Shown here: positions 60,894 to 64,000 of the stretch, piece by piece | How positions within the stretch are numbered: position 1 is the first letter of the stretch | Layout: the number at the start of each line of letters is the position of its first letter | NCBI GenBank assembly: GCA_949287595.1 | Contig: CASEGV010000001.1 | Coordinates: 220,873 to 284,872 of the forward strand | Direction: 5' to 3' | From: an uncultured Mycoplasmatota bacterium | GTDB taxonomy: Bacteria; Bacillota_I; Bacilli_A; RF39; UBA660 | Length of the DNA stretch: 64,000 nucleotides | Notes under the pieces: model-generated | What the model saw: only the letters and a program-made list of their open reading frames with translations | Told to the model about the DNA's origin: nothing | The model's database searches: none | Program-made: the position numbers and the translations under genes

Positions 60894-61961
60894 TTAAAAT
60901 TTCTTAGATAATAATTCATAACCCCTAATTCTCTTCTTCTTTCCATCTACTATTCCAGTTGTCATATATTCCTTTATTTCAAAGTAATTCTCTATATCAT
61001 TTGCTTTTGGAGTTTTACTATAATTTATTTCAGTGTATATATTTGATAATTTTTGTTTGATTTCTGCTAAACTTAGCTTGTCTCCTACTTTGAAGTCTAA
61101 ATAAATATGATTCTGGAGTAATAATGGATTAAATACTATTACACTTAGTTCTTTTTTAATTCTAGTAATATTATACCCTAATGAATATAATTTTTCAGGA
61201 CCTAAAGTAGTATAATATGACTTAATCTCGTCTGAATCTGACATTTGACCTAGCACTATCTCTATTGCTTTTGGAGATAGGTTATATTCACATAAATATT
61301 TTAATTTATCATACATAGTATGTAATTCTTGGTATTCTCTTAAGAAATCATTAACTTCTTGATCTATAACGTCATCTTCAGAGTATTTTTTAGTTATTCT
61401 TGTATCTTTAATCTTAATATATTTATCTATTACATCTTCTCCAAAATCATTCTTAATATAATTGTATATAATATTTATATCTATTATTTTATCTCCTAAA
61501 TCTACTATTAATTTATTATAATAGTTATCAATAGCCTTTTTATTATTTTCAACATCTTTAAGATCTGATACTGGATAAGTATACTTAATTACTTCCTTAG
61601 CTATATTCTTATACTTTAAATACTTATTATCTGAAGATCCTTTTGGAAGATTATTTTCGATATCATCTAGAGATTTAATTCCTTTAAAAAAATCTACTAT
61701 CTCTTCTGAATAATAGAACCATTCATTGCCATACTCTTTATATTTCAAATCTCTAAATTTATATTGTATTCTCTTTTCTTGATCTTCATTCCCTTCTGGA
61801 ATTTCAAATAATAATTTATAAGTAGGATTATGAAGTTTATAAGTAGCAAATCTTCTATCTTTTATATTATCTTCAGTATATCCTATTTTTAATAATTGAA
61901 AGAAAGTGATATTACCATCACCTTCCTCTTTAAATCCACTCGATTTTATTAGATAAATCAT
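60894..61961 (-). CDS. GIY-YIG/T5orf172-like nuclease domain plus C-terminal domain shared with adjacent helicase-like gene
   Basis: MIYLI...LKIGYT...R...Y..HNP...E...NEWF; C-terminal DDVIDQEVNDFL...GYELLS. Confidence 0.72.
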   Translation of the reverse strand: MIYLIKSSGFKEEGDGNITFFQLLKIGYTEDNIKDRRFATYKLHNPTYKLLFEIPEGNEDQEKRIQYKFRDLKYKEYGNEWFYYSEEIVDFFKGIKSLDDIENNLPKGSSDNKYLKYKNIAKEVIKYTYPVSDLKDVENNKKAIDNYYNKLIVDLGDKIIDINIIYNYIKNDFGEDVIDKYIKIKDTRITKKYSEDDVIDQEVNDFLREYQELHTMYDKLKYLCEYNLSPKAIEIVLGQMSDSDEIKSYYTTLGPEKLYSLGYNITRIKKELSVIVFNPLLLQNHIYLDFKVGDKLSLAEIKQKLSNIYTEINYSKTPKANDIENYFEIKEYMTTGIVDGKKKRIRGYELLSKKF

Positions 61962-61963
61962 AG

Positions 61964-64000
61964 TTAATTATTTGCTTCAATTGAATTATATTTAGCCGAA
62001 AGTAACTCGTAAGCTTTTACTACTTTCTTCTTACCGTCAACTACTGCTCGCATAGATGACTCCTTAATCTCAAAATAATTTCCTAAATCACTTGCTTTTG
62101 GAGTTGCTTTATAACTTACCTCATCATATATGCTCTTTAATTTAGATTTTATATCAGCTAATGGTAATTTATCTCCCACTTTAAAATCCTGATATATACG
62201 ATTCTGAAGAAGTAATGGATTAAACATTACTACGTTAAGCTCTTTCTTTATAAAAGTTTTATTATAGGATAAAGCTCTTAATCTATTTGGTCCCAAGACA
62301 TTATAGTAATTTTTTATTTCATCACTATCTGGGAACTGTCCTAGTACTATTTCCAAAGCTTTAGGTGATAATCCTCCTTCACACAACATCTTTAACTTTT
62401 CATACATTGTTGGAAGTGTTCTATAAGTATTCAAAAAATTATTGACTTCTTGATCTATAACATCATCCTTTGTTAATTTATTATGTATTGTGGAGAAAAC
62501 TGTAAATCTATCCGCATAATCAATTTGTTGTATCTGGAATGCTCTTAACTCATTTACATACACTAACTCATTAATATGAGGTATTAATATTTTATCTCCG
62601 GTAGTATCATTAATTATCTCATCAACTCCTACATAATTATCTTTGTAATTCTGAGTCTTTGCAAGCGTCTGATATGCATTAGCAAGATCATATCTTACAG
62701 AATTATCCCTAGAATCAGAATATGCTTTTAATAGATTTTCTGTTACTTTCTGCTTCTTTTCAATAATTCTTTTAAAATCATCAACTGTCATTTTATTATA
62801 ATCAGCTGTAGATTTATAGAAGAAAAATGCACAATTAAACCAGGGATTATCCTCATCCCTTAATCTGCCAAGAATCTGACTTAAATCCTCCGATATATCA
62901 ACAGCAAGAGAATCGACATTAGCATCTGAAAAGATATAAGTAGTTGCTGTTTTACTATAGAAGTCAACACCTAAGTATGCAGTTCTGGTACATAAAGTTA
63001 TAGGTTTTGCTTTCTCTCCCTTCAATGGAATACTACCAATATCAAACTTCTTACCAAGCTTCTTTTGTATCCTCTTCCTATTTTCATCATTATCAGCACA
63101 AATAATATTTACCTGTTCTGATGTAAGGTTATTATTCTTAATTATGCTAATAATATGATTAACTGAATTAACGTAGAAAATAAGTTCATCAGAATAGATA
63201 ATCTCTGGAACAAAATTTTTTATTCGGATAATGCTTTTATATTCTCCTCTTAAAAACGGCTCCAATATCTCTTTAGCCTTTGTTCCTACACTCTTCATTG
63301 TTCTAACCTCCAAGTGTGGTCTTTTTACCCTACTTGGATTTTCTACTTCCCAATCTAGTGTATAATACGGAAGATATTTAAAATCATTTAACATTTCAAG
63401 ATAATCATCTAACATTGGAGTTGCACTTAGAAAAATGGTTTTGGGAGATTGTCTAAGATATCTAAGAAATTGAGTTTCAGTAGAAGATTTAAATCTAGAA
63501 TCATGTAGAATACTTTGAAATTCATCTACTACTACAAAAAATTCATGAAATATACCTAGATCTTTGAGAATTTGATAAACAATTCTATAAGAATCATATG
63601 TTACTAAGATTTTACACGGTTTACCTTCACTTTTTCTTCTATTTACATATTCTACTGTTTCATTATACAGTCTAGTATACACTTTATTATTTTGTTCTTT
63701 TTTTTCATCCTCCAGTTTTTTAATCTCATCCTCTGTTAAAGATTTACTGTAATCTTTTACATCTTTACTAATATCTTTATCAGTAGAGAGATCTTTTTCC
63801 ATTTCATTTTTAACTAAGTAAACATCTTCTTCATGTTGTTCATATTTATTCTTTCCTAACATTTTTCTTGGTACAGCTCCAATTACATTTTCATTAGATG
63901 TTAAGAAATATTCAGTAAAACCACATCCAGGAAGTTGTTTATTTATTATACATTTATCTGGAAACATAGATAAATTGAAGTCTATCCATTCACTTATATA
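61964..64000 (-). CDS. superfamily 2 helicase-like protein, probably 5'-truncated by window edge
   Basis: PGCGFT (Walker A-like), VTYDS, VVDEFQ, LSATP, YLGVDFY, QILGRLR; frame is open to position 64000 (YISEWIDFNLSMFPDK). Confidence 0.75.
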   Translation of the reverse strand, partial: YISEWIDFNLSMFPDKCIINKQLPGCGFTEYFLTSNENVIGAVPRKMLGKNKYEQHEEDVYLVKNEMEKDLSTDKDISKDVKDYSKSLTEDEIKKLEDEKKEQNNKVYTRLYNETVEYVNRRKSEGKPCKILVTYDSYRIVYQILKDLGIFHEFFVVVDEFQSILHDSRFKSSTETQFLRYLRQSPKTIFLSATPMLDDYLEMLNDFKYLPYYTLDWEVENPSRVKRPHLEVRTMKSVGTKAKEILEPFLRGEYKSIIRIKNFVPEIIYSDELIFYVNSVNHIISIIKNNNLTSEQVNIICADNDENRKRIQKKLGKKFDIGSIPLKGEKAKPITLCTRTAYLGVDFYSKTATTYIFSDANVDSLAVDISEDLSQILGRLRDEDNPWFNCAFFFYKSTADYNKMTVDDFKRIIEKKQKVTENLLKAYSDSRDNSVRYDLANAYQTLAKTQNYKDNYVGVDEIINDTTGDKILIPHINELVYVNELRAFQIQQIDYADRFTVFSTIHNKLTKDDVIDQEVNNFLNTYRTLPTMYEKLKMLCEGGLSPKALEIVLGQFPDSDEIKNYYNVLGPNRLRALSYNKTFIKKELNVVMFNPLLLQNRIYQDFKVGDKLPLADIKSKLKSIYDEVSYKATPKASDLGNYFEIKESSMRAVVDGKKKVVKAYELLSAKYNSIEANN

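Noticed and set aside
1-64000. Stop-codon reassignment (TAG=Gln) as in Lak and some crAss-like phages
   Set aside because: Genes are full length and tightly packed in code 11, and TAG serves as a normal stop (e.g. 17137, 34077); fragmented genes are explained by introns or cassettes.

Overview
A very AT-rich, gene-dense window that reads as part of a large lytic (jumbo-type) phage genome in standard genetic code 11. A Bacteroidetes host is inferred from BACON-like domains and a recurring CTTATWWWTGWA promoter-like motif resembling the Bacteroidetes -7 box TAnnTTTG. Recognisable genes: CCA-adding/HD nucleotidyltransferase, ClpC-like ATPase, P-type ATPase, MFS transporter, PhoH, GMP reductase/IMPDH-family enzyme, AAA ATPase, 3D-domain and Ig-like proteins, a dispersed ADP-ribose/NAD kit (macro, NUDIX, NADAR, YspA/SLOG, TIGR02452 PARG-like), a family A DNA polymerase split by two group I introns, and a radical SAM gene split by a third. 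The main discovery is an unannotated shufflon-like locus at 42.4-49.3 kb. A 14-bp site AAAYGTTCCTTTAA (encoding N-V-P-L) occurs five times in alternating orientation: once inside a 590-aa BACON-repeat adhesin/tail-fibre-like gene, and four times at the head of start-codon-less, in-frame 100-126 codon cassettes. Inversions between sites would give five alternative C-termini, with guaC-like, phoH and two other genes carried as passengers. No recombinase is visible in the window. Also notable: a non-coding unit containing a tRNA-like fold without an anticodon loop, a Cys4 C-terminal tag shared by unrelated proteins, and a helicase/nuclease pair sharing a C-terminal domain. All assignments come from motif recognition by eye; no database searches were run.
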